From an uncultured delta proteobacterium (GTDB taxonomy: Bacteria; Myxococcota; B64-G9): DNA of 64,000 nt. The notes beneath the pieces were generated by a model. That model ran no database searches, was not told the origin of the DNA, and was given only the letters and a program-made list of their open reading frames with translations. The DNA is taken from assembly GCA_963754925.1 (NCBI GenBank), contig CAVWHX010000004.1:576001-640000 (forward strand), written 5' to 3'. The position numbers were made by a program, and so were the translations under genes. Positions 34,502 through 45,076 of the stretch are shown piece by piece (positions within the stretch are counted from its first letter, which is position 1; the number at the start of each line of letters is the position of its first letter).

Positions 34502-35730
34502 TCAAGGAACGCAGGTTGCACCCATGCAGCGCGTCAGGACTGTGGCGCTGGGAACATTGCCAATCAGTTTGATCAAATTGACCGGAATGGAGCCTGCGTT
34601 GGGCGTGACCGCTATCGGTCCGTGTACGTTTAAATTTAAACTGCCGTAATATGTAGAGAAGACATAACCGGTTGCTGAAAATCTTCGGTTCCAGCCATAT
34701 TATTCGTGGTCTGCAAGATCACATTTGCAAATATTGTAGTAAAGGTAAGGCCGGAGTAGGCGTTGGCGGTAAGTCCGCTGGCAGTGATCGGCAGTGTTAT
34801 GCCGGGGTGTCCATCACCGTCTGGATCACCAACGACCTGAGGCGATTGTGTCGAGTTATTCCAACCGCTTATGATTACAAAATCGGGAAGCGTAACAGCG
34901 CCGCCGATATATGCGGAGAAGGCCTATTCCGTTGGGATCGTGGTGAAGAGCGACAGCAGCGAATTGTAGTTGATCGAAAACGAATAACCGGAGATCGTGC
35001 CGGTTGTACTTAGTTTGCAAATGTCGAACAGGGCGGTAATAATGTCGCTGGACTTCTTAACGACTATTCGATGAATTAAGTCGATGTTGGCGTTAGTGTC
35101 GTTTCCGATCGGCGTATTTATGGTGCCCGTGGTTGAGATGCGTGAAATCCAGGTGCCGGTCAGCCGGTCAGATCGACACAGTCGTTATCGTTGCTCGATG
35201 TACAACCGGCGGGACAGCAGCCGTCGCCGTTAGTGCAAGTGGTTATGGCCGCGTGCGTACAGGCGGCAAGGCAGGTACCGCCGTTTTGTAACGTGTCGGT
35301 GGTGCACGCGTTGCCGTCGTTGCAATTGGTCGGGTATGCGCCCGAATGACCCGCGGCGATTCCGGTGTCGCAAGTCTCGGCGCCGGTGACAAAACCATCG
35401 CCGCAGACCGTGTTGCAATCGTTGTCGTTTCCGGCGCTGCAACCGCTCGGACAACAACTATCGTTGTTTATACAAACCGTAACGGGAGTATGGGTGCATA
35501 TGGCAGCGCAGGTGCCCGCATTTTGTAAGGCGTCTATTGTGCAACCATTACCATCGTTGCAGGTTGTTGGGCACGCGCCCGGCTGCCACGCAGCGATTCC
35601 CGTATCGCAGGCCTCGCCGACCTCGAGTATGCCGTTGCCGCAGACAGGGGGACAATCGTTATCTTGGTTGTTGTTGCAGAGGGGGGATTATCACTGTCGT
35701 CTTTCGGGCAGCAGCCATCGTTGCCGTCCC
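34502..35730 (-). pseudogene. Disrupted Cys-rich paralog (repeats plus C-terminal domain)
   Basis: Manual translation: CGNGILEVGEACDTG, GTWISRISTTGTI, DPDGDGHPG, GNVPSATVLTRCMGATCVP*. Lesions: 8-bp duplication at 35156-35171, in-frame TAG at 34924-34926, further frameshifts, no start. Confidence 0.88.
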
Positions 35731-35858
35731 TAAGTCTCTGGGCAGAACGCTTGTCTTGGTAAATCGGACTGTTACCCCTTTGTCCAATTTGGGTAAAATA
35801 AGTACCGGTTCATATAAACCGGATCTTGAGAACAACCGAAAGGCTAAAATCAAAAATA

Positions 35859-37689
35859 TTACTTTGATCTGACGAAGCGGAAGCCTGTAAAGTTTTCGTT
35901 CGTTGTACGGGGCGTCGCTGACTGGGCCGCCTACCTCTAGGTTAGGAGCGCCACGAAACCAGTCACCGCCGCGATCCACACGGCCTGGACCGCTCCCATT
36001 CCATTCAAAGCACCATTCAGCCACATTGCCGCTCATGTCATATATTCCCAGGGTGTTAGCGGTTTTGCCTGCCACCGGTTGGGTTGTTATTGTGTTACCC
36101 GTCACTTGGTCAGTACTGTCCCCAAACCATGCGACAGCATTATCAGCGTTAAAGTTGGTATAATCCGCTGTCGCTCCGCTGGCATAAGCCCCCGGTGTCC
36201 AATAAATGCCAGTATTTAGTATGCCCCACCCTGGATTGGTCGTGCCTATATATCTAGCCGCGCACTCCCATTCCATACTTCCCGGCAGTTGAAACCCATT
36301 GGCATCGGAGTTGACATAGGGATTGTCCTCATGACCTGCGGTAGTATCAATAGCGCCATTATCCACGCTCCTGATCGGAGTGGTATAACCTGCATCAGTA
36401 TAATACACCGGTGTAAGCCCCGCCAACTCGCTGGCGGCATTACACCAGGCTATGGCGTCCCGCCAGTTAATGGTAGTTACGGGTTGCTGCGTACTTCCCG
36501 AACCAGTACTACCGAGGTATCCACTATTGGCAAATGTATAGTTGTGTGACATAGCCCAGGTGTACACGGCACTCCACAACTCGTAGGTCACCTCGGTCTC
36601 ACCCATCCAGAACGCGCTTACCGTTTGGTTACCTGCTGTGTCAGAAGTGCCGGTAGGAAATGTACCTCCCGGTGCATACTTCATGTTGAAAGTGACGCCT
36701 GCTATGGAAGTAGGGCAGCAGCCACCGCCGGTCGCACAGGCCGTAATTGATGTATTCACACATTGGGCCGTGCAGGTGCCGGCGTTTTGAAGTGTCGAGG
36801 TGGTGCAGGAGTTAGGAGCCGTGCAGCTTGACGGACAGGCGCCGGTCTGGCCAGCAGGGATTGCTTTATCGCAGGTCTCACCGGTCTCGACTATGCCGTT
36901 GCCGCAGCAGGGCGTGATAGGCGTATTGACGCACTGGGCCGTGCAGGTGCCGGCGTTTTGAAGCGTCGAGGTGGTGCAGGAGTAAGGAGCCGTGCAGCTC
37001 GTCGGGCACGCGCCCGGCTGGCCCGCGGCGATTCCGGTGTCGCAGGTCTCCCCAGCCGATACCACTCCATCGCCGCACGTCACTGGACAATCGCTGTCTG
37101 TGAGGATAGTGCAACCGGTTGGGCAGCAACCGTCGTCGTTTATACAGGTTAGCGGACATTCATTTATCGCGATAGGGTGCGAAAATGTATAACCCACGTC
37201 GTCGAGTCTGGTCGAATCCTTGCCGTGCCTGGTGTAATCCATCACCGTGACTTTAATCGAGAGCGTCTCGTTATCTTCAGTTGGTTGGCTTGGAACCGAC
37301 ACAACATTATTCTCCACGCGGTTCGTGAGATAGGCTTTGCTGCTGTCAGTTGCGTCCGGTTTAAAGGTCAGCCAACTCAACTTTCCTCCCATATCATTGA
37401 CGATTGTAAAATCTTCCCACGTGTACGGAGGGATACCCCCACTTGCATCCAGCTCAACACTATAATTATTTTGCCCCACATTCGGATCTTTCCAATCCGT
37501 GACCGTTATCGTCAAGGGAGCTACCAGCACACACTTGCCACAGGTATCCATAGAACAGGAGTGCAGGCCCGCGGAAGTGGTCAGACATTGGTCATTGCTC
37601 GTACAGCAATAATTATCGTTAGTAGAGCAACCTGCTCCACCTATCAGCATCATTGCCATCATAGAACCCGCTAATAGAAAGTTTCTCAT
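35859..37689 (-). CDS. Cys-rich lipoprotein with C-terminal FGE/CLec domain; +1 frameshift near 35895
   Basis: Lipobox GAGC; Ig-like segment (ASGGIPPYTW); two Cys repeats; TEVT, QPVTTINW, GIYDMSGNVAEW, RGGDW. GFRFVRSK* lies in the shifted frame; as sequenced the ORF reads to 35659. Confidence 0.82.
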
Positions 37690-37882
37690 AGACTTTGCTC
37701 CACAGAGGTGTGTACCGGCGTTTTCGATCGTTCGAAAATCAACAAATTTTGTAATCTTTTTAATACCTTCGACCCTATGAAAAATCAAGACGTATCTCTG
37801 TTGCTTGTATCGTATAGAGTCGTGTAACTTAGCGTCGCCATTTAGCTGAAAAGTCGGGTAAATTTATCTATGGCCGTCCCGA

Positions 37883-37898
37883 AGCAATAGCTATGCCA
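37883..37898 (-). promoter_or_regulatory. Sigma-54 promoter at the head of the Cys-rich array
   Basis: Minus strand TGGCATAGCTATTGCT; AT-rich tract upstream. Confidence 0.72.
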
Positions 37899-38287
37899 GT
37901 GGCGATGGGAGAGAAGAGGATCCGCACATTTATTTATAACATATTATTATAGAATTATTTTGGGGGTTTCGCTCACCGCGATTGAATTGCATGTCGTATT
38001 GTCTGTCAATCATGTTTACTGTCCGAATATCAGTCAGGGCTGCCCGGGTTTGGGACGTTAGCCGTTTGCGGACAGCTGTAAAGCCTGTCCCTGCCTTCTA
38101 GCACGAATCACCAAGGAGCCGTTTGTAGAATGCTTTCCTAAGCGCGGGACGAAATCGATCGTGGAACTCGGAAAGACATCGGGTGTAATAGGGATCGTAT
38201 TGTCTTCCTTTTCTTGACACTCTGACAAGTTACGACAATAAATGACGAACGTTGTTTACCAGCCCGTTCGGACGTGAGGAGACATTG

Positions 38288-39835
38288 ATGCGTCGCACAA
38301 CATCCAAGGCCAAGCCAACAAGAGCCACAGCGCCTCGTTCAACCCGCCAGCCAGTGCGATATCCACGTATGAAAATAGTCATCACTGCGTCCGAAGCGGT
38401 ACCCTATGCCAAAGTGGGCGGATTGGGAGACGTCGTCGGAACGCTGCCTAAGTTGCTTGCCGCGATGGGACACGAGGTCATTCTGGTTATTCCCAAGTAC
38501 CAGGAAATCGAATACCAGCGACACGGCTTCAATCCTTTCATAGGAAGCATGGGGGTCCAGACCGGCAACGGTGTCGAATGGTGCAAGGTGCACATGCGCA
38601 ACGACCCGTGCGGCTTTAAGGTCTTTCTCATCGAGCACCATCTGTACTTTTCGCGGCCAGGAATCTACGACCACGATGGTCGCGCCTTCGATGACAATGG
38701 CTTGCGCTTTGCCTTTTTTTGCATGGCGGTCTTGCAATTGTGCCGCGATCTTAATTTCTTCGCGGACGTTATCCACTGCCACGACTGGCCGACCGCGTTG
38801 ATTCCAGCCCTTTTGAAGATCCAGTGCGGAAACGATCCGGTACTCGGGTATACCGGATCGGTCCTCACCATTCACAACCTGGCGTACCAGGGCAAGTTGC
38901 CGTCTTCGGCCTTTGCTTACGCCAGATTTCCCCCGTCGACCTGGAACCCCCAGATCTTTGAGGACCACGGTCAAATCAATTTTCTCAAGGGCGGTATCAC
39001 GTTCGCTGATGTGCTCAACACCGTGAGCCCTACGTACGCGCGCGAGATTTTGAGCGATGTGGGCGGGGTCGGACTCGACCGACACCTGGCCGACCGTCAG
39101 GCAGATCTCCATGGCATTCTCAACGGCGCCGATTATAACGAATGGAACCCGGAGATAGACGCCTTCATCCCCGCTCACTACTCCCGCAACAATATGGCCG
39201 GCAAAAAGCGTTGCAAGGCTTCGTTGCAAAAGGATTTTAGACTGACTCTCGATCCGAACGCTCCGGTGTGCGGCGTAGTGGCGCGGCTCACCGATCAGAA
39301 AGGAATCCACCTCATCGCCAACGCGGTCGGCGCGATCACCGGCATGGGCGGGCAACTAGTGGTGCTCGGGACCGGTAAAAAACAGCTTGAGGATTTCTTT
39401 CGCTGGGTGCCGAGCCACTACCCCGGCCAGGTGGGTTCCCTGATAGGCTTCGACAACTACCGCGCCCACTTGATCGAGGCGGGCAGCGACCTGTATCTCA
39501 TGCCGTCGCTGTTCGAACCATGCGGGCTGAACCAACTCTACGCTCTCCGCTATGGAACGATACCGGTGGTGCGGGCCACCGGCGGGCTTGAAGATACGGT
39601 GACTGAATACGATCCCGTCACCGGCACGGGAACGGGTTTTAAATTTCACGATATTTCTCTCGGATCGTTTGTCGGCGCTATTTCACGGGCGATGCATATT
39701 TACCGACACCGGCCCCAGCAGTTCGCGGCAATGCAAAGGCGCGCTATGGACATGCGCTTCACCTGGGAGCAGTCGGTCAAACGGTACCTCGAGCTCTACC
39801 AATGGGCCGTTGCCAAGCGAAAGGTTTGGCGGTGA
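38288..39835 (+). CDS. glgA: Glycogen synthase
   Basis: KVGGLGDV, HCHDW, TIHNLAYQG, PSLFEPCGLNQ, TGGL.DTV; start uncertain (38288 or 38369). Confidence 0.95.
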   Translation: MRRTTSKAKPTRATAPRSTRQPVRYPRMKIVITASEAVPYAKVGGLGDVVGTLPKLLAAMGHEVILVIPKYQEIEYQRHGFNPFIGSMGVQTGNGVEWCKVHMRNDPCGFKVFLIEHHLYFSRPGIYDHDGRAFDDNGLRFAFFCMAVLQLCRDLNFFADVIHCHDWPTALIPALLKIQCGNDPVLGYTGSVLTIHNLAYQGKLPSSAFAYARFPPSTWNPQIFEDHGQINFLKGGITFADVLNTVSPTYAREILSDVGGVGLDRHLADRQADLHGILNGADYNEWNPEIDAFIPAHYSRNNMAGKKRCKASLQKDFRLTLDPNAPVCGVVARLTDQKGIHLIANAVGAITGMGGQLVVLGTGKKQLEDFFRWVPSHYPGQVGSLIGFDNYRAHLIEAGSDLYLMPSLFEPCGLNQLYALRYGTIPVVRATGGLEDTVTEYDPVTGTGTGFKFHDISLGSFVGAISRAMHIYRHRPQQFAAMQRRAMDMRFTWEQSVKRYLELYQWAVAKRKVWR

Positions 39836-40683
39836 GCGTTCTTATGCATCTTATCCGTGCCGGAATCCAGGCAACGCTTGCCCTCGATCTCGCGGTGGGC
39901 GCCGCAGCGGCCGCATCCACGACCCCGTGCGGGCCAGAAATTCCCGCAATGGCCTGTATTCCAGCCGGTGAGTTTATCCGCGGATCAACGAGCGGCCCGG
40001 CCGACGAACGTCCGGCTGAGAAGATTTACCTCAAAGCTTTTTACATGGACATCTATGAAGTCACCTTCTCTGAATATCAGGCATGCGTAACGGTAAAGAA
40101 ATGTCGCAGGGCCCGCCCTAACTATGAAGGATTTTCCGAGGCCAAGCAGCCAATGACCGGCGTATCCTGGTTCGGCGCGGATGAGTTTTGCCGCGCTCAC
40201 GGCAAGCGCCTGCCCACCGAGGCCGAGTGGGAAAAGGCCGCGCGCACGGAAGACGGACGCATATTCCCCTGGGGCAACGAGCCTGCCACGTGTGAGCGGG
40301 CCATCATCAAGGATGCCGCGGTCACCGGCTGCGGCACCGGCAAGGTGTGGCCGGTCGGTTCGCGGCCGCCGAACCCGTACGGACTCTACGATATGGCCGG
40401 CAACTCTTTGGAATGGGTGGCGGATTGGTATAGTCCCAGTTACCAGGCCTGCGGAAACGCCTGCCGCGGCAAGAACCCGGCCGGTCCCTGCGGCGGTAAG
40501 TTCCCCTGTCCCGGCAGTGACATGAAGGTGGTGCGCGGCGGCTCGTGGTTTTGGCCGGCCGAGTATGCCACGACGACCAAACGCCGGGCCCACTATCCAG
40601 AGAACAAGCCGTTCCACCACTTTGGGTTCAGGTGCGCAAAGGACGCGGTCGACGTGAAAAAAGCAACTGATTCAAACCCGTAA
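39832..40683 (+). CDS. FGE/sulfatase-modifying-factor fold protein
   Basis: RLPTEAEWEKAAR, GLYDMAGN, RGGSW, GFRCA; possible GTGA overlap with glgA stop. Confidence 0.88.
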   Translation: MSVLMHLIRAGIQATLALDLAVGAAAAASTTPCGPEIPAMACIPAGEFIRGSTSGPADERPAEKIYLKAFYMDIYEVTFSEYQACVTVKKCRRARPNYEGFSEAKQPMTGVSWFGADEFCRAHGKRLPTEAEWEKAARTEDGRIFPWGNEPATCERAIIKDAAVTGCGTGKVWPVGSRPPNPYGLYDMAGNSLEWVADWYSPSYQACGNACRGKNPAGPCGGKFPCPGSDMKVVRGGSWFWPAEYATTTKRRAHYPENKPFHHFGFRCAKDAVDVKKATDSNP

Positions 40684-42070
40684 GGCCGATAAAGAACGCC
40701 ACACCCACGATGAAGTTGGTAAGGTCGGTGACCAGACCCAATATGAGCACCACTATCCCGACCGTGAGGAAAAATAACGGGGTATAGGGATAGGCAAACG
40801 ATCGGTAGGGACTTCGCAGCTTGAGTTTGTGACGGAAAATGAATACCAATGAAATCGTGATGCAGCACAGCAGGAGCATAACCGAGCCGGTGAGGGTCAT
40901 GAGATATTGAAATTTTTCGGTCAGCACGAGAACCGTCGTCAACAATCCCTGAACCACCAACGCCACCACGGGCGTTCGATTTATCGGGTGAGTATCGGCC
41001 ATCTTGCTCCAGAGATAACCGTCCCTGGCCATCGCGAGGCAGATCCGCGAGCCCGCCATGGTGGTGACGTTGATGCCGCCGGTGAGCGCCATGGCCATCA
41101 ATACCGCAAAGACGCTTGCCCCGGCAGGACCGAAGAGATACTGGGCGACCACCACCCCGACATTGGACACCTCCGGCAGCTTTTGCAGCGGAACTACAGC
41201 GACAAATGCCATGTTCAGAATCAGGTAGATCGCGGTGGCAATAGCCAGCGCCGCCATAATGGCGGCCGGGATAGTCCGGCCCGGCGTGCGCACTTCTCCG
41301 CCTATGTAAACGAGAACATTCCAGCCGGTGTACGTGAAAAATACCGCGCAGAAGGCGGCCGCGATATTTTCCAGCTCGATCTGCGGCGCTATCGGCGCGA
41401 CCGTCTGCGCCGACGACGTAAGGTCAACGTGGCCGGACAGCAACGCCCAAAAACCTACCGCCAAGAAAACCGCTATTGGCGTCCACGTCAACACCATTTG
41501 AAACAAACCGGAGAGGGAGACGCTGCGACAATTGATTAAGGTTGTGATCCAAATCACGCCAACGGCGAGCACATGACCCCAGGTGAGGACGAACGAACCA
41601 ACCGCTACTATCGGCCACGCCAGCCAACCCCCGATAGCGGTCGAGGACAAGGTCTCTATCATGCCAGCCGCAAAGGCCGCTATCGAGCCCGAGAATCCCG
41701 CAAAGAACGACATCCAACCCCAGGCGAAGGCCACCGGCCGACCAAATGCCTTATCCAGAAAGACGTACTCGCCACCCGCTTGTGGAAACAGCGATCCAAG
41801 TTCGGCGTACACCTGCGCCCCGGCGGCGGCAACCACTCCGCCGAGAACCCAAAATCCGAGGTATACCAATACCGTGGGGGACGCTTTGGCGACTATCTGC
41901 GGATTGAGGAAAATGCCGACGCCGATGATGCTTCCCAGCACCAAAGCCATCGAGGATCCAAGCCCGAGTGTGCGTTTGTCTTCCACGCCAAGGCTTCGTA
42001 CACAAGGCGTCGGTTGTTCCGACACGGTCACGGCGGCCGGAACCGAACTCGATGAGACGTTGGAGTTCAC
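40628..42070 (-). CDS. APC-family amino acid permease
   Basis: GSIIGVGIF, YAELG..P..GGEY, YTGW, GEV; about 12 TM. Confidence 0.92.
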   Translation of the reverse strand: MNSNVSSSSVPAAVTVSEQPTPCVRSLGVEDKRTLGLGSSMALVLGSIIGVGIFLNPQIVAKASPTVLVYLGFWVLGGVVAAAGAQVYAELGSLFPQAGGEYVFLDKAFGRPVAFAWGWMSFFAGFSGSIAAFAAGMIETLSSTAIGGWLAWPIVAVGSFVLTWGHVLAVGVIWITTLINCRSVSLSGLFQMVLTWTPIAVFLAVGFWALLSGHVDLTSSAQTVAPIAPQIELENIAAAFCAVFFTYTGWNVLVYIGGEVRTPGRTIPAAIMAALAIATAIYLILNMAFVAVVPLQKLPEVSNVGVVVAQYLFGPAGASVFAVLMAMALTGGINVTTMAGSRICLAMARDGYLWSKMADTHPINRTPVVALVVQGLLTTVLVLTEKFQYLMTLTGSVMLLLCCITISLVFIFRHKLKLRSPYRSFAYPYTPLFFLTVGIVVLILGLVTDLTNFIVGVAFFIGLTGLNQLLFSRRPRPLRT

Positions 42071-43299
42071 GGCGTTCCTCCAACACCGGGCGCTTGAGCG
42101 TTTGGGCGTCCGTTGACCCGCTGAACTGAAACTTCATGCGGAAATTTTCGTTCGGGCGGCGTTGCCTGCGATGCGGCGTTTTTGTGAGGTGGTCCTGCAT
42201 CCCGTTTGGACGGTAGCGGCAGCGGTCCCGGCGGCAGTCCCGCAACCGTATAGAGGTAGTGTTTCTGCTCTGACGTGCGCTGCGATACGAGTTGGCTTAC
42301 ATCCACAACCTGAGGGCTTTTCAACCATTCCTGGAAATCTTTTCCACTTTGCACGACATACCAAAACGGATCGCCTTTCGCCCAGGTTCCTTGGCCGGTG
42401 GTGCGTAACACAACGGTATGCTCGTCGAACGGCAACGCCAACATGTTCTGCTTGAACGCCTCCCCATAGGAAAAGTATCGCTCCGCGTTGGATAGGTAGA
42501 GCACCCGCACCGGTATGTTGGCGGTCTTCGCGGCCGCAGCGACGCTCTGAACCGCTTGCGTGGCGGTGAGGTCGCCGGGTAACGTAAAAACACGGTTTTG
42601 CTCAAACAGAGTTACCAGGTACCGATACTGTTCCGGGTCGGTTAAGAAAAACGCCACCTTTTGATCCTTGAAATCATTAATCATGACCGCCAAGCGGATT
42701 TCGATCTGACGGCGCACGGCCAAAAATAGTTTCCACAGGTGATCATAGGCGTCCTTTTCGGGATACGCTTGGGTGAAGATGTGCTCGACCTCTTTAATCG
42801 ATTTCTTAGACCACAGCTTGATAAAGCTCTTGGGATCAGGCGCATTGAGGAACAGCAACCGATAGATAGCGTTGATATCGACCACCATCTGATCAAAATC
42901 CATCAACACCATGACCTCTGGCCTCGACCAGCCGGCCAGGACGAAGTTCTGATCAGTGCCGACGCCGATATACACGCCGCCGAGCGGCTGCATAGCGTCG
43001 CGCCACACGTAGAGGAAGCGCTCGTTTGAGGTGGGGAAGTGAACATCGGCTGCGAGCCGTGGCGGCGGCGGATCCGGCTTCAGCGCCAGGAAAACCTTCA
43101 GCGCATTTTCAGACGGCCCGGCGGTGCCGGCATCCGGGGAGACGTCCGGAGCCGGCGTTGACGTCGGGGTGCGTGCGCTCGTTCCCGGTTCATTGTCGCA
43201 ACCGAATGATCCCAGTAGCAATACCAGAAGCTCCCCCACCACGATCGCATTGCGTAGTGCCACACCACCTCCTCGTCCGGCGAAGGAGCGTTCATGCAA
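42067..43299 (-). CDS. Conserved-looking hypothetical lipoprotein
   Basis: Lipobox-like SFGC; SNE, GGVYIGVGTDQN, GDLT, YLSNAE motifs; 4-nt overlap with the permease gene. Confidence 0.75.
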   Translation of the reverse strand: MHERSFAGRGGGVALRNAIVVGELLVLLLGSFGCDNEPGTSARTPTSTPAPDVSPDAGTAGPSENALKVFLALKPDPPPPRLAADVHFPTSNERFLYVWRDAMQPLGGVYIGVGTDQNFVLAGWSRPEVMVLMDFDQMVVDINAIYRLLFLNAPDPKSFIKLWSKKSIKEVEHIFTQAYPEKDAYDHLWKLFLAVRRQIEIRLAVMINDFKDQKVAFFLTDPEQYRYLVTLFEQNRVFTLPGDLTATQAVQSVAAAAKTANIPVRVLYLSNAERYFSYGEAFKQNMLALPFDEHTVVLRTTGQGTWAKGDPFWYVVQSGKDFQEWLKSPQVVDVSQLVSQRTSEQKHYLYTVAGLPPGPLPLPSKRDAGPPHKNAASQATPPERKFPHEVSVQRVNGRPNAQAPGVGGTP

Positions 43300-43406
43300 C
43301 CTAACGCCGGGATATTAAATCAGAAAATCCCGCTGGTCAAGAAGTTGGACAACCATACAAAAAGTAAACGCTTACTATTTCAAGGATGCGAGCGAAATAG
43401 CACCCG

Positions 43407-45038
43407 TTACCACGACGCATCAACTAACAGATACGCATTGTGAACCAATTGATTTACCGCTGTCGTCGGACCGATGTACGTACCGGTGTATTGGCGTTGC
43501 AGATACACATATCCCAGACGCAGGAACAGGTGATTGGGGACAAGCTGTTGAATCAGATAAACCTCGAACACATTCCCCTTAACCGCCAATTTATTGATAA
43601 GGAGATCGGAGGGGGCGGAAAAAATAACGTGATACTTAGTTCCGCGATTGAACTCAAACCCTACCCTAAACGGGTAATCTCTGAAAAACGACCATAGCGT
43701 CTCTGGCAGCGAATAACGAAATCCGACAAATACGAATTCACCGTGATGGGGGCCTTTCTTTGCGTCATCAAATGAAGCAAGGCCAGCTGGATAGGGAAGA
43801 TCTATATTCGAGGGCCAAGCAAAAGCTGGAGTTGGAGGATTGCCCGGTGAATATACAGTTAAACCATTTTGCGCAACCGGAATGTTATAGGTTTCATATT
43901 TATAGGTCGGATTAAGAATCGTGAGGGCATAAGCGCCAAAAAAATCAAGGCCGCTTCCAAAGAAATCTTTTACTTCCAACAACGTGTTGAGTTGAGAATA
44001 GGATCCTAAGTCCTGAGGAAGGTTTGTCGTATCGGGATAAATGGCTTGATCGGGCGTAGAGGTCCATGGATCGAGAACAAAAATGGCGTTATTTCTGGGG
44101 CGGAATTGCGGAACAACAGTGGCTCCCAGTTGGAATACGTTGTTCCCCAGACCGGGAATCTTCATTTCATACATGGCTGCATACGCCTGCATGTCCTTGA
44201 ATCCTCCGTTTGAAAAGAGACTATCGTCATAGTTGGTGCGCGCATCGACGAAGGATGCAAAGGGCATATACGAAAGGCGGAGGGAGGTGCCTTCGAGTAA
44301 ACTTGACATGTTGAACGTCAATGAAATACCGTCCGTGGCGGCCTCGACCATTTGCACTCCCCAGGCGGTGTTACGTTCGGTGTTTTCTTTCAACTCAGCC
44401 GGCGGTCCTTCGGGCGATGAGCTTCTGCCGACATTGAGTATTAACCAGCTCGTGATCCACCAGTCGAAGTAGGCGCGCTCTACCCGCAACGTTAAATCGG
44501 ACGGATAGCGAGTCTCCGTCATATCCAGAACATCTTGACTTTGACTCGCCATATTAAGATTGAAGTATTTAAAAGCGACAAGCTGTCCGTAAAATTTGAG
44601 ATTATCCGTAATTTCATAGGACATGGTGAGTCGTAATCGACTGACCCAAGCGCTGCCGTAGTCTCTATTAAGATGCGGCTGAACTGGAGGACCATACACC
44701 GCCCTCCCGTCTGTGGTAACCCCAATGAGTACGTTACTATTATCTACCGTGTGAAAGTTGTTACAGGTGGCCCGAAGCGAACCTGACCATTGAAGGCGAT
44801 TTCGTTTCAACTGCTCTTTGATCTTGTCTTGTTCGCCAAGGATGGTCTCGAGGTCGCCATCGATCTGATCGAGTCTTTTTTCTACGTCTGATTCCGAAGG
44901 TTTGCTGGTTTGAGGTTGGGTGTTGAGGGATTCGTCGACGCTTTTTCTCTCAGCCCCCTGTCCGGCAACGGGAAACCCCAACCACAGAAGCGCAAGCGCC
45001 CCCAGGATACACGTATCCCATAACCAATTTTTCATCAT
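43407..45038 (-). CDS. DUF3373-like outer-membrane beta-barrel protein
   Basis: Signal peptide, short coiled coil, RLRL, LRVERAYFDW, GRSSSPEGPPAELK, GFEFNRGTKY, LAVKG; C-terminal aromatic (AYLLVDASW). Confidence 0.75.
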   Translation of the reverse strand: MMKNWLWDTCILGALALLWLGFPVAGQGAERKSVDESLNTQPQTSKPSESDVEKRLDQIDGDLETILGEQDKIKEQLKRNRLQWSGSLRATCNNFHTVDNSNVLIGVTTDGRAVYGPPVQPHLNRDYGSAWVSRLRLTMSYEITDNLKFYGQLVAFKYFNLNMASQSQDVLDMTETRYPSDLTLRVERAYFDWWITSWLILNVGRSSSPEGPPAELKENTERNTAWGVQMVEAATDGISLTFNMSSLLEGTSLRLSYMPFASFVDARTNYDDSLFSNGGFKDMQAYAAMYEMKIPGLGNNVFQLGATVVPQFRPRNNAIFVLDPWTSTPDQAIYPDTTNLPQDLGSYSQLNTLLEVKDFFGSGLDFFGAYALTILNPTYKYETYNIPVAQNGLTVYSPGNPPTPAFAWPSNIDLPYPAGLASFDDAKKGPHHGEFVFVGFRYSLPETLWSFFRDYPFRVGFEFNRGTKYHVIFSAPSDLLINKLAVKGNVFEVYLIQQLVPNHLFLRLGYVYLQRQYTGTYIGPTTAVNQLVHNAYLLVDASW

Positions 45039-45076
45039 GGTTCCTCCCTAGTATTTGTTATTGTTAAAAGAGAAGA

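Noticed and set aside
37990..38250. Riboswitch or ncRNA in the glgA upstream region
   Set aside because: No recognisable conserved motif by eye; a covariance-model search would be needed
39832..40683. Second FGE gene as a DGR target
   Set aside because: Its C-terminal codons lack the consistent NNY pattern and no template copy was seen
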